From Casimicrobiaceae bacterium (GTDB taxonomy: Bacteria > Pseudomonadota > Gammaproteobacteria > Burkholderiales > Casimicrobiaceae), in the NCBI GenBank assembly GCA_044223185.1, contig JBGAMF010000007.1, forward strand, positions 686 through 64,685: a DNA stretch of 64,000 nt, written 5' to 3'. Made by a program: the position numbers and the translations under genes. Positions 44,299-53,795 of the stretch are shown here, piece after piece. Under the pieces are notes generated by a model. The model had not been told where the DNA came from, did not search any database, and saw nothing but the letters and a program-made list of their open reading frames with translations. Numbering within the stretch: the stretch's first letter is position 1; each line of letters starts with the position of its first letter.

Positions 44299-44751
44299 CT
44301 ACCCGCTGCCGCCCGCGCGCCGCAGGATGGCGAGCGTGGCGGCGTCCGGAACCCCGTCGAAGAACCGGGCGAGCGCCGCGTGGAACACCGAGCCCTCGCC
44401 CGCGACCTGCGCGAAGAGCGTCACGCACGAGTGGAACTTCATCGCGTCGACGCCGCCGAGGATCGACGCCGCGCTGCGGCCCGCGTGGCCGTTCATCGCG
44501 GCGACGCACTCGCGCAGTCGCGCGCCCAGCACCGGGTGGTCGAGGTAGGCCTTCGCCTCGGGCAGCCCGGAGAGCGCGTAGCGCACCGCCATGCCGCTGG
44601 AGCCAAGCCCGCGGAGCTGCGGCAGGACGTACCAGCTCCAGTGCGTGACCTTCCGCCCGGCGCGCAACTCGGCCAGCGCGTCGGCGTAGTTGACCGCCTG
44701 CGCCCGCACGAAGCGGTCGAGGTCGAAGGGGTCGGCGGCGTGCCGGGGCAT
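44299..44751 (-). CDS. DUF1810 family protein
   Basis: DPFDLDRFV.AQ, GRK..HW.WYV.PQL.GLG.S, EA.AYL.HPVLG.RL. Confidence 0.88.
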   Translation of the reverse strand: MPRHAADPFDLDRFVRAQAVNYADALAELRAGRKVTHWSWYVLPQLRGLGSSGMAVRYALSGLPEAKAYLDHPVLGARLRECVAAMNGHAGRSAASILGGVDAMKFHSCVTLFAQVAGEGSVFHAALARFFDGVPDAATLAILRRAGGSG

Positions 44752-44779
44752 CGCGGCAACGGCCGCACGCGGCGTCGCG

Positions 44780-45775
44780 TCAGGCGATCACCGTGTCCGC
44801 GCGCGCCAGCAGGGCTTGCGGAACGGTGACGCCGAGCGCCTTCGCCGTCCGGAGGTTGACGACCAGGTCGAACTTCGTCGGCTGCTCGAGCGGGAGGTCG
44901 CCCGGACGCGCGCCGCGCAGGATGCGGTCGACGTACCGCGCGTGCTGCCGCTCCAGCGCGGGCCAGTCGGGTCCGTACGACAGCAATCCCCCCGCCTCGG
45001 CGTATTCGCGCAGCGTGAACGCGCCCGGCAGGCGGTGCTCGAGCGCGATCGCGGCGATCCGGCTGCGGTTCCGGAACGTGAGGAAGTGCGGCTCCAGCAC
45101 GAACGCCTGCACGTGCGCGCGCGCCATCGCCGGCAGCGCCGCATCCACTTCGTCCGGGCTCGCGTAGTAGAAGAACTCGAGCGCAACGCCGACCGCGCGC
45201 GCGGAGGCGCGCAGACGCCCCTCGTACTTCTCCCGCTGGCCGGGATCGGCGCGCGCGTTGGCAAGCGCGCCGAAGCGTGTTGCCGCCGGCAGGGTCTCCC
45301 TGAGGTAGGCGAGGCGCTTCGCGTCGGTCTCGCCCAGCATCCGCGACACGCCGGTGACGTTGCCGCCCGGCTTCGCGAAGCTCGCGGCGAAGCCCTCCTC
45401 CACCGGATCGACGCCGCTGAACACCATCACGATCGGAACGGCCGAGGTCGCCTGCATCGCGGCAAGCGTGTCCGATCCGCCGAAGGTGGCGATGACGTCC
45501 ACGTTGGCGCGCACGAGCTCGCGCGCCAGTGCGGGCACGAGATCCGCCTTGCCGTCCGCCGCGCGCCGCTCGAAGACCACGTTCTGCCCGTCGACCCAGC
45601 CGAGGTCGCGCAGGGCGAGCACCCAGTTCGACTGCCGGAACTCGGCGTCCGTCCGCATCCCCCCACTGGAGAGCAGGCCCACCCTGCGCACGTTCGCGGC
45701 CGGTTGCGCGCCGGCGGCCGGCACCCACGCGCCGAAGCCCAACGCGGCGCCGGCGACGAACTTGCGGCGGTCCAT
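44780..45775 (-). CDS. Orphan ABC substrate-binding protein (COG2984-like), copy 1
   Basis: MDRRKF leader; LRDLGWVDGQN, PGGNVTG, GGLLSYGPD, PGDLPLEQPTKFDLVVNL.TA. Confidence 0.88.
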   Translation of the reverse strand: MDRRKFVAGAALGFGAWVPAAGAQPAANVRRVGLLSSGGMRTDAEFRQSNWVLALRDLGWVDGQNVVFERRAADGKADLVPALARELVRANVDVIATFGGSDTLAAMQATSAVPIVMVFSGVDPVEEGFAASFAKPGGNVTGVSRMLGETDAKRLAYLRETLPAATRFGALANARADPGQREKYEGRLRASARAVGVALEFFYYASPDEVDAALPAMARAHVQAFVLEPHFLTFRNRSRIAAIALEHRLPGAFTLREYAEAGGLLSYGPDWPALERQHARYVDRILRGARPGDLPLEQPTKFDLVVNLRTAKALGVTVPQALLARADTVIA

Positions 45776-45917
45776 CACCGAGCGGCCCGGTCCACCCGGT
45801 GCGGCCACGACGGCGCGGCCACGGTTCCGCAATCGCACGCCAACCTCGAGCTCACCCCGCCTCCCCGGCCGAAATCCGGAATCGCCCGGGCCACGCTACG
45901 CCGACGCGATCCGGTGG

Positions 45918-47261
45918 TCAATCGTCAGCGCCGCCGGGCCCGCGACGACCCGGAGCATCCCGATCGTAGGCGAGGTTGCCGCCCACGTACGTCGCCCGGA
46001 TCGCGCGATCGCCGGCCAGCGCCATCTGCACGGCCAGCGCCTCGTCGACGTCGTCGACGTCGCGCATGCGGAAGTCGATCAGCGGCGTCGAGCGGAGGTC
46101 GAGCACCGCGAGGTCCGCGTCCATGCCGGGCGCGACGCTGCCGATGCGGTCGTCGACGTCGAGCGCGCGGGCGGCGCCGCGCGTGGCGAGGTAGAGCGCG
46201 CCCGCCGGCGACAGCGGCGCGCCGGCCATCTGCGCCACCTCGCACGCGGCCTGCATCGTCCGCAGCATCGAGAGGCTGGTCCCGCCGCCGACGTCGGTCG
46301 CGAGCCCGACGCGCACCGGCCGTCGAGGGTCGGTGGCGGTCGCCAGCGGGAACAGGCCGCTGCCGAGGAAGTTGTTCGACGTCGGGCAGTGCGCGAGCGC
46401 AGTCCCGGCCGCGTGCAGCGCGCGAAAGTCCGCCTCGGCGAGGTGCACGCCGTGGCCGTAGATCGTGCGCGGTCCGGTCAGGCCGTACTTCGCGTAGACG
46501 TCGAGGTACGACGCCGCGTCGGGAAAGAGCTCGGCGACGCGCGCGATCTCCGCCCGGTTCTCCGCAAGGTGCGACTGCACGTAGGCGTCGGGGTGCTCGC
46601 GCTTCAGCGCGCCCGCCGCCTCCAGCTGCGCCGGGCTCGACGTCACCGCGAAGCGCGGCGTGATCGCGTACGCGAGCCGTCCCCGGCCGTGCCAGCGCGC
46701 GATCAGCCGCTTCGACTCGTCGTAGCCGCGCTGCGCCGTGTCGAGCAAAGCGGCCGGCGCGTTGCGGTCCATCAGCACCTTGCCGGCGACCATGCGCAGG
46801 CCGAGCGCGTCGGCCTCCTCGAACAGCACGTCGACGGACGCCGCGTGCACGGTGGCGAACACCGCCGCCGTCGTGATGCCGTGGCGCAGGCTCTCGCGCA
46901 GGTAGACGCGCGCGACGGCGCGCGCGTAGGCGGCGTCGGCGAACCGCGCCTCGGCGGGAAAGGTGTACGTCGCGAGCCAGTCGAGGAGCGGCTTGCCGCC
47001 GGCGCCGATGATCGGCAACTGCGGGTAGTGGACGTGCGCGTCCACGAAGCCCGCCGTGATCAGCGCGTTCGCGTAGGCGGTCACCGGCACGCCGGCGGCG
47101 AGCCGCCGCGCCACGTCCGTCGCGGGGCCGCAGTCGCGCACGCGGCCGTCCTCGACCACGACGATGGCGTCCGGCTCGTAGCGGCGGGTAGCCGCGATCC
47201 CGTCGACGAACGGGTCGCCGGCGAAGGTGACGAGCGCGCCGCGCAGCGCGAAGGCGGTCAT
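45918..47261 (-). CDS. guaD: Guanine deaminase
   Basis: GFVDAHVHYPQ, YAITPRFA, QSHLAEN, HCPTSN.FLGSG, VGLATDVGGG. Confidence 0.92.
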   Translation of the reverse strand: MTAFALRGALVTFAGDPFVDGIAATRRYEPDAIVVVEDGRVRDCGPATDVARRLAAGVPVTAYANALITAGFVDAHVHYPQLPIIGAGGKPLLDWLATYTFPAEARFADAAYARAVARVYLRESLRHGITTAAVFATVHAASVDVLFEEADALGLRMVAGKVLMDRNAPAALLDTAQRGYDESKRLIARWHGRGRLAYAITPRFAVTSSPAQLEAAGALKREHPDAYVQSHLAENRAEIARVAELFPDAASYLDVYAKYGLTGPRTIYGHGVHLAEADFRALHAAGTALAHCPTSNNFLGSGLFPLATATDPRRPVRVGLATDVGGGTSLSMLRTMQAACEVAQMAGAPLSPAGALYLATRGAARALDVDDRIGSVAPGMDADLAVLDLRSTPLIDFRMRDVDDVDEALAVQMALAGDRAIRATYVGGNLAYDRDAPGRRGPGGADD

Positions 47262-47289
47262 CGCGTCGGCGGCCGCAGGCGGCCGGACG

Positions 47290-47697
47290 TCACGGCCCCA
47301 TTTCCGGCGGCCACTGCGCGTACTGCGGCAGCGCGTCCGTGATCTCGTGCCACGGGGCCTTCGATCCCACGAAGATGTGCTCGCGCGGTCGCACGCCCGG
47401 ATCGCCGTCGAGGGTACCCGCGGCCACCTCGCCGACGACCCCATCGTGCGTGCTGACGAGCGGCGATCCGCAGTTCCTGCAGAAGCACCGCTGCCTGCCG
47501 GGCGAGGATTCGTACCCCTGGACGAACTCCGCTCCGGACGTCCAGCGGAACTGGTCGGGGTCGAGGATCCCCCACGTCGCGAACGCCGCGCCGTGGGACT
47601 TCCGGCACTGCGAGCAGTGGCAATTGCCCAGGAACCGGAGCGACCCTGCGACTTCGTACCGCACGGATCCGCACAGGCAACTTCCGCTCAGTGCCAT
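47290..47697 (-). CDS. GFA family Zn-binding protein
   Basis: GSCLCG.VRY, CHCSQCRK, FC..CGS. Confidence 0.9.
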   Translation of the reverse strand: MALSGSCLCGSVRYEVAGSLRFLGNCHCSQCRKSHGAAFATWGILDPDQFRWTSGAEFVQGYESSPGRQRCFCRNCGSPLVSTHDGVVGEVAAGTLDGDPGVRPREHIFVGSKAPWHEITDALPQYAQWPPEMGP

Positions 47698-47791
47698 CGG
47701 GCCTCCCTCTGGGCGATCACGACGCGTGTGGGCACGCGTCCCGGGCGGCGCGTGCCCGCGGCCGACCCGCGTTCGGGCGCGGTGCCGGAGT

Positions 47792-48130
47792 TCATCGGAC
47801 CGGCCCCGTCCTGCCGCCACCCGGCGCGTCGGAGCTTGCCGAGCCCGCCCACGACGCCTTGCCCGTGAACCGGTGCACGAGCACGGGCTCCTTCGCCACG
47901 GTGCCCGCGTAGCCGACCTTGAGCGGGAACGCCCAGTAGTCGCCCTGCAGCGTCGGCTCGGCGACCGCGGCCTCCATCCGGAGTTCGGTGGCGACGAAGC
48001 GCCGCGCCACGACGGCCGCCTCGGCCTTGCCGAGGCCGCCGGCCTTCGGCGCGTCCGCGGCGATCGCCCGCGCACCCGGCCCGAGGGCCGCGCACGAAAC
48101 GAGCAGGCGGATGAAGGTGCGTCGACGCAT
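47792..48130 (-). CDS. Hypothetical exported protein
   Basis: MRRRTF Tat-like leader; short; family not recognised. Confidence 0.5.
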   Translation of the reverse strand: MRRRTFIRLLVSCAALGPGARAIAADAPKAGGLGKAEAAVVARRFVATELRMEAAVAEPTLQGDYWAFPLKVGYAGTVAKEPVLVHRFTGKASWAGSASSDAPGGGRTGPVR

Positions 48131-48209
48131 CGGTGGCGGGCTCCGGCGCCATGCTACCCGGGATGCCCCGGCATCGCCCAGGGCGAAGCGCCGGCGGAGC
48201 GGCGACGCG

Positions 48210-48641
48210 CTACGTCGCGCCCGGCGGCGGCTTCACCGGCACCGGCTGCCGGTCGCTGCGCACGAGCGCCGGATCGAGGCAGGCCCAGCCGGGCGCCATC
48301 GACGTCCAGATGTTCGCGGCCGGCTTGACCGAAGAGGGGTCGTCGAGCGTGCCCACGCGCACGACCGTGACGCCCGGGTAGCCGGACGACTCGGCGAACA
48401 GGTGGCATCCGCACTCCGGGCAGAAGCGGCGGCTGACGCGGTTGCCGCTCTCGGCGGTGCGGACGTACTCGCGGGTCGCACCGGTGACCGCGAGCGCCGG
48501 CGTGGGAAAGAGCGCGTTGACGAGCCCGTTGCCCGCGATGTGCTGGCAGTCGCGGCACCAGCAGATCCTTGCGCCGACGGGCTCCGCGGTGAGCCGGTAG
48601 CGTACGTGCCCGCAAAGGCATCCGCCGGTTCGTTCGGTCAT
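48210..48641 (-). CDS. GFA family Zn-binding protein
   Basis: GGCLCG.VRY, CWCRDCQ, RRFCPECG. Confidence 0.9.
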   Translation of the reverse strand: MTERTGGCLCGHVRYRLTAEPVGARICWCRDCQHIAGNGLVNALFPTPALAVTGATREYVRTAESGNRVSRRFCPECGCHLFAESSGYPGVTVVRVGTLDDPSSVKPAANIWTSMAPGWACLDPALVRSDRQPVPVKPPPGAT

Positions 48642-48755
48642 CGGGTCATCCTCGCGCGTGGAAGGTGGTGGGAAAGGCGGGAGCGCCGTGGACGGCGCAG
48701 GGCAACGCGATCGAACGGCGGACGCCGGGCGCGCCGACGCGGCGACGGGCGGGCG

Positions 48756-49277
48756 TCATTGCGGGGCCTTGCGGCGGGTGTACCTGCCGTCGAACGCAAC
48801 GGTCCACTCGCCCTTGTCGTTCGTGCTCTCCCACAGCTGGCGCACCGAGCCGTCCGCATCGGGAGTCCAGGTGATGCGGTGACGCGTGCGGCTTCCGTCG
48901 GCGCCGCGGACCTCGCCCTCCAGCACCATCCGGTTCGCGCGGAACGCGCCTTCGAGCACGAGCAGCAGGCCGCCGCTGTCGACCCACGTCTGGTGCCAGA
49001 CCTGGCGGCCCGCGTCGTAGACGTTGAGGCTCTCGCCCCGGTAGCCGCGCTGGGTCTCGTACCGTTCGTGGACGACGCAGCCGTCGTATTCGCTGGCGAT
49101 GCGGTTGATGCCCGCCAGCCGACCGGCCGGGCCGCGCACCTCCCACTCGCCGAGCCAGAAGTCGAACTGCCGGTGATCGGCGGTCGCGCAGGGGGTCGGC
49201 CGGGGCTGCGCGAAGCAGGCCGCTGCCGCAACCAGCAGCACGACACCCAGCGAGCGAGCGACGCGGGCAACCATCAT
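48756..49277 (-). CDS. Secreted DUF1579-like protein
   Basis: Signal peptide; QFDFWLGEW.V, W.QTWVD..G, W..AFDG.Y.R. Confidence 0.75.
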   Translation of the reverse strand: MMVARVARSLGVVLLVAAAACFAQPRPTPCATADHRQFDFWLGEWEVRGPAGRLAGINRIASEYDGCVVHERYETQRGYRGESLNVYDAGRQVWHQTWVDSGGLLLVLEGAFRANRMVLEGEVRGADGSRTRHRITWTPDADGSVRQLWESTNDKGEWTVAFDGRYTRRKAPQ

Positions 49278-49457
49278 TCGACCGACTCCTGTGGCACGGC
49301 ATCGGGAACCGCAGCCAGCGCGGGCCGGCAGTGCGCGACGGCGCACGGCGGCGGCTCGCCATCCATGCTACTACCGTCTCCGGCCAGGCGGCCCGGCGCG
49401 GACGGCCAAGATAGTTCGCCGTGCGGCGGCTCGTTCCCTGCGGCCGGCCGTGTTCGG

Positions 49458-49847
49458 TCAGGACATGGCGTCGCAGTCACGCGGCACGTTCTGGGCGATG
49501 CGCCACAGGACACCGGAGGGATCGAAGAGGACGAAGTCACGCATGCGCCAGGGCTGAAGCTCGACCGGGCCGACCTCGACGCCGTACCTGGCGGCAATAC
49601 CGGCGTCCGTGATGGCCGTGTGCCAGGCGTCCACGTCCTCGACCAGCAGGTGCATCATGAAATTCCCGGCCAGCGCCTCGGTGAAGTAGTCCTGCAGCAG
49701 GAAGCTCGCGTCCCCGTGATGGAAGTAGGCAACGCCGTCGTCATCCGACGCCATCGTGAAGCCGATGTCCCGGTAGAAGCGCTTCGACAGCGCGAAATCC
49801 TTCGCGGGCACGAAGGCCTTGATCTCGACGACGCGCAGGTCAGGCAC
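49458..49847 (-). CDS. VOC/glyoxalase family protein
   Basis: AFVPAKDF.LSKRFY, QPW.MRDF.L.DPSGVLW. Confidence 0.85.
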   Translation of the reverse strand: MPDLRVVEIKAFVPAKDFALSKRFYRDIGFTMASDDDGVAYFHHGDASFLLQDYFTEALAGNFMMHLLVEDVDAWHTAITDAGIAARYGVEVGPVELQPWRMRDFVLFDPSGVLWRIAQNVPRDCDAMS

Positions 49848-49921
49848 GGGGGTCCTCTCGGTGATGCCCGACGGCCGGCGCGCCACCGCGGCGGCGCTCC
49901 GTTCGAGCAGGGTCCGGCGCG

Positions 49922-50746
49922 TCACTTTGCGCCATTGCCGTTCGCTTCGGCGGGCAGCGCCGCGATGGAGCGAAGGACCGCCCGCACGATGGCCTGCCGC
50001 TTGTCGAGGTCGCCGGTCCTGTTCGGCGTATCGATGTTGAGCGCAAAGAAGACCGGCCCGGCAGGCCATTCGACCCAGCCGACCCACCAGCCGACCTTGC
50101 CGTCCCACCCGGTCTTGGCGCGCAGTATCCAGTCGAACTCCGCCTCGTTGATCATGAGGTCCTTGACCAGCCTCTGGTGCTCGACGCGAAACGGCAGCGC
50201 GTTCCGGTAGAGCTTGCGCAGGAACGCGACCTGTTCCTGCGCCGAGATCGCGAGGTTGCCGTCGACCCAGTAGTCGCCGGCCCGCGCCGTCGGATCCGCG
50301 TTGCCGTAGTCGGCCTCGGCGAGGTACTTCCTCGCCCGCGGCTCCCCGATCCGCTTGGCGAGGATCTGGTACACCCAGAGTGCCGACGTGCGCATCGCGG
50401 ATCGGAGGTCCTGATCCTGGTTGTGGCCCGGCCAGCGGCGCTTCACCCCGTCCCATGGAAAGACCTGGAACTCGTCGCGCACGGCGCCCGCTTCCAGCGC
50501 GAACAGCGTGTGGGGGACCTTGAACGTCGACGCCGGCGAGTACCGAGTCCCGGCGCGATGCGCGTCGTAGACGAGATGCGCCCGGCGACGCGCGCGCTCG
50601 TCGACCACGACGATCGTGCCGGTGGCGCCGGCAGCGTCGAAGTGCGTCTTCCAGTCGGGGCGCTCGGTCTGCGCCTCCCCTGCGGCACGGGCGGCCGGGA
50701 ACGAGAACAGCACGGCGGCGGCCAGGGCGACGCAGCGGATGGTCAT
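49922..50746 (-). CDS. blaOXA: Class D (OXA) beta-lactamase, OXA-2-like group
   Basis: Signal peptide; SPASTFK, S-A-L at the SxV position, YGN, KTG; long stretches match my recollection of OXA-2. Confidence 0.93.
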   Translation of the reverse strand: MTIRCVALAAAVLFSFPAARAAGEAQTERPDWKTHFDAAGATGTIVVVDERARRRAHLVYDAHRAGTRYSPASTFKVPHTLFALEAGAVRDEFQVFPWDGVKRRWPGHNQDQDLRSAMRTSALWVYQILAKRIGEPRARKYLAEADYGNADPTARAGDYWVDGNLAISAQEQVAFLRKLYRNALPFRVEHQRLVKDLMINEAEFDWILRAKTGWDGKVGWWVGWVEWPAGPVFFALNIDTPNRTGDLDKRQAIVRAVLRSIAALPAEANGNGAK

Positions 50747-50939
50747 CAGCCGTTGGCTCGACGCCCGGGCACGAGTCGACGGGCGCGCAGCGGCAAGGCT
50801 GCCCGGCCGCTTGCCCGGCGGGCCAAGCGACACCGGCGGGCGCCGCGCGCGGCCGACAATCGCCAGCGGCGGTTCGGCAGGTGGAAGCCCGGCATCCGCC
50901 GCGTGGGTGGCCGGGTTTGCCGAAAGCGCCATGCGTCGG

Positions 50940-51623
50940 TCAGAACGCCTTGGGGTCGATGCCGACCACCGGGTCCCTGGACTCCAGTGCCGGTGAATCG
51001 ACCGCCTTCACGACATGGTCGTCCTCGACGTACCCGGAGATCCTGATCGGCTGCGACCGCCCGCCGATCGAGGGGCGCCGGATCGGCAGGTACCGGATCT
51101 CGTAGGTCCCGGCAGGCAGGTCACGGAACGCGAACACGCTTCGTTCCTGCACGAACGCGTGGCGCAGACCGGGACAAGACTGCTTGCCGGCTTCGCAGAG
51201 CTTCACGTAGATCCCGTGGGAACTTGCCCTCACCACGATTACACCATGACCACCCTGCGCCGCCTGCCGCATGTCGAGGTAACCGGTGCTCGCGGGCCAC
51301 GACTTTCCGACGGGAGGCGCAAGAGGCGCGATGCTGGCGTCTCTCGTGGAGGTCGAACGATAGGACTTGAAGGCGTTCGACGGCTCAGCGGGAGCGAGGG
51401 CCAGGTAAGCCGTCGCCAGGGCCGCGGCTACGACCGCAAGCACCACGAGAATCGTGGTCCCGGCGTTGCGCTTGCCGGTCTTGTCGCTCCGGCGGGCGGC
51501 GACCCACGAAATGACGGCGAGCAGCGCGAGCACGGGAGCCAGGACGAGCGCAAACTCGCCGGCCGCATGGACGACCAGCTTCGGGAATGCGCCGATCATG
51601 AAGCGCCAATCCGGGCCGACCAT
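50940..51623 (-). CDS. Hypothetical membrane-anchored protein
   Basis: AAAGGA SD before ATG 51623; two N-terminal TM helices; WP..TGY, YVKL, PAG.YEIRY soluble domain. Confidence 0.6.
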   Translation of the reverse strand: MVGPDWRFMIGAFPKLVVHAAGEFALVLAPVLALLAVISWVAARRSDKTGKRNAGTTILVVLAVVAAALATAYLALAPAEPSNAFKSYRSTSTRDASIAPLAPPVGKSWPASTGYLDMRQAAQGGHGVIVVRASSHGIYVKLCEAGKQSCPGLRHAFVQERSVFAFRDLPAGTYEIRYLPIRRPSIGGRSQPIRISGYVEDDHVVKAVDSPALESRDPVVGIDPKAF

Positions 51624-51903
51624 GTCCTTTTGCGCGTGCACGGGCCGCGCGACCAGCAGTGCAAGCGTCGACCATGCGGGCTCTCCCCGACGCCACGTCG
51701 CCGCGCGCTTGCCGCCCGAAACGATCGGCACACGGCCGACACCGAATCGGCGTCGACACCGACCGCAACTGGCCCGCCGCGCCCGTCGGACCAACGACGG
51801 CAGGCTCGATCCTTCGTGCAGAAGCCGTCGGTCGGCCTCGTGCCCTGCCGGATTTCGACCCGCTCCGATCACTGCAATTTCGCCATTGCAGACATGCGCG
51901 GCC

Positions 51904-52881
51904 CTACTGGATGACCCTGTCTGCACGCGCGAGGACGCCGGGCGGGATCGTCAGGCCGATCCTCCTGGCGGTGTTCAGATTGACGACCAACTCGAACTTC
52001 GCCGGCTGGAGGACCGGGAGATCGGCGGGCTTCGCGCCATTGAGTATTCTGGCCACGTAGAGGGCGGCCTGACGATCGCGGTCCGCGATGCTCTGGGTGT
52101 AGGCCAACAGGCCGCCAGCGTCCGCAAAGCCCTGCCCGGGGGAGGACGACGCGAGCCGATGCTGCATCGCCAGCTCGACGGCACGCTTGTGCGGAAGGCT
52201 CGGCTGGACGATGAGGGCGCTTGCTCGCGCCTTGCCTATGTCCTCGAAGGCGGCGTCCAGCGGCTCGCCGCCGCGCACCGAGAAGATGCGCAGCTCGATG
52301 CCCAGCGACCGGGCGGCGAACTGGTTCTGTTCCAGGAACGTCTTCGTGAAGGTGTCCGCCGCGTTCACGAGCACGGCGACGTGCCTCGCGGAGGGCACGA
52401 TCTGCCGGATCAATTCGAGGTTCTTGGCCGCAAGCTCCGCGGTTGCACTGGATATTCCCGTGACGTTGCCACCGGGCCGGGCGAGGCTGGCGACGAGCCC
52501 CGTTCCCACCGGATCGGCTGCCGCCGCCATGACGATCGGAATCGTCGTCGTGGCCCGTTTGGCCGCCAGGGCGGCCGGTGTCTGGAACGAAACGATGACG
52601 TCGACGTTCAGGCGCACGAGCTCGACGGCCAGCTCGGCCAGACGATCGTTGTTACCTTCAGCCCAGCGCGACTCGACAGCGAGGTTCGTGCCTTCGACAT
52701 AGCCATGGTCCCGCAGGTTCGCCACCAGGGCGGGGGCCCAGCTCGTGCCGCCGGCAACGAAGCCCGGCCCCAGCAGACCGATACGCGCGGGCTTCGCGGC
52801 AGGCGCCTGCGCCAGCACCGACAACGGCGCGGCGAAGGCGCCGGCACCCAGCGCGATGACCAGTTTGCGGCGATGGCTCAA
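51904..52881 (-). CDS. Orphan ABC substrate-binding protein (COG2984-like), copy 2
   Basis: GGAG SD and TTG start; LRDHGYVEGTNL, DPVGTGLVASLARPGGNVTG, PADLPV.QP.KFELVVNL. Confidence 0.88.
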   Translation of the reverse strand: MSHRRKLVIALGAGAFAAPLSVLAQAPAAKPARIGLLGPGFVAGGTSWAPALVANLRDHGYVEGTNLAVESRWAEGNNDRLAELAVELVRLNVDVIVSFQTPAALAAKRATTTIPIVMAAAADPVGTGLVASLARPGGNVTGISSATAELAAKNLELIRQIVPSARHVAVLVNAADTFTKTFLEQNQFAARSLGIELRIFSVRGGEPLDAAFEDIGKARASALIVQPSLPHKRAVELAMQHRLASSSPGQGFADAGGLLAYTQSIADRDRQAALYVARILNGAKPADLPVLQPAKFELVVNLNTARRIGLTIPPGVLARADRVIQ

Positions 52882-53086
52882 TTCGGCTCCTCGGAGGGCT
52901 GCCATTATGTCAAGTTGCGCCGAGGGCAGCATACGAAGGGCTCGCGGCCGGATGCGGGCGCCGATCGGCGATCGAATGCAAACCGGCATGCACTGCCGCG
53001 TGACCCCGGTCGCCGTACGGCAGGTTACGGCACGGCGCCGGCTCGTCATGGAACGACGAAACGGATGGCAATGCGGTGTTCGCGCG

Positions 53087-53176
53087 GCCTGACGGAATGG
53101 CTGACCGGCGGGCCGCGCCAGTGCGGACCAACGTCGAGCCGCATGCCGGCGCGTCCGCTCGAGTGCACGGGCGGGC
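53087..53176 (-). repeat. Degenerate attC (core GTCAGGC, inverse core eroded)
   Basis: GCCTGAC-ggaat-ggctgaccgg...ccgctcgagt-gcacg-GGCGGGC; arm layout like 63511-63591. Confidence 0.55.
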
Positions 53177-53213
53177 CGAAACGCATCGTCCGGCTCGACT
53201 CGATGCAGCACGC

Positions 53214-53316
53214 TCAGTCGGGAAACAGGACTTCGAAGAGCGCCCTGGCCTTTGGCGACAGGTTCCTGGGGTCCGGACGAAGCAGATCGTCGTCGGGCAC
53301 CAATCGGAACCCGGCG
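53214..53316 (-). pseudogene. 3' remnant of an unidentified gene (...AGFRLVPDDDLLRPDPRNLSPKARALFEVLFPD*)
   Basis: Protein-like C-terminus with no start, between the YciI stop and a degenerate attC. Confidence 0.35.
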
Positions 53317-53658
53317 TCAGGACTCCGGATCGTACTGGAACACGCGCAGCTCCTGGTCGCAGCGGCAGGCCTTCGCGATGCGAGCGGCCCATTCGACTGC
53401 CTCCTTGCGCGAGGGAAGTTCGAGCACGGCGAATCCGCCGTCGAGAGGAGCGGCCCACGGATATCCGCCCTCGGCGACTGCGCCATCACCCGAGACGAGT
53501 GCGGGACGAACGGTCTCGTCGATGCCGCCTGCGAAGACATAGACGCCGGCGGCCTTCGCCTCGCCGATCACCGCGTGCGCGTCGCGGCCCACCGTCTCCC
53601 ACTCGCCGTCGGGCACCGCCATCGCCGCGCTTGGAAACGAGATCAGGTACTTGGCCAT
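53317..53658 (-). CDS. YciI/DGPF family protein
   Basis: AAGGAG SD; MAKYLI, AGVYVFAGG, GGFAVLELPSR.EA.EWAA. Confidence 0.85.
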   Translation of the reverse strand: MAKYLISFPSAAMAVPDGEWETVGRDAHAVIGEAKAAGVYVFAGGIDETVRPALVSGDGAVAEGGYPWAAPLDGGFAVLELPSRKEAVEWAARIAKACRCDQELRVFQYDPES

Positions 53659-53693
53659 GCGATTCTCCTTCGGCGAGTAAAGTCGCGGGCCTC

Positions 53694-53795
53694 GGCGAAC
53701 GGTTCCTGCCGGCCGGCGAGCCGGGGAAGGCGGCGGCCCGCCGCGAGCGAAAACCGCGGCTGCAGTGCAGCGTCCGCTTGCGTGGATCGTCAGAC
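53694..53795 (-). repeat. Degenerate attC (inverse core GTCTGAC holding the upstream TGA; core GTTCGCC)
   Basis: Minus strand GTCTGAC-gatcc-acgcaagcggacg...gccggccggcaggaacc-GTTCGCC. Confidence 0.45.

Noticed and set aside
47698-53000. Individual attC calls between GFA, DUF1579-like, VOC, OXA and neighbouring genes
   Set aside because: Only scattered GCCGAC/GCGAAC or TGAC matches without convincing L-box pairing; not called as sites
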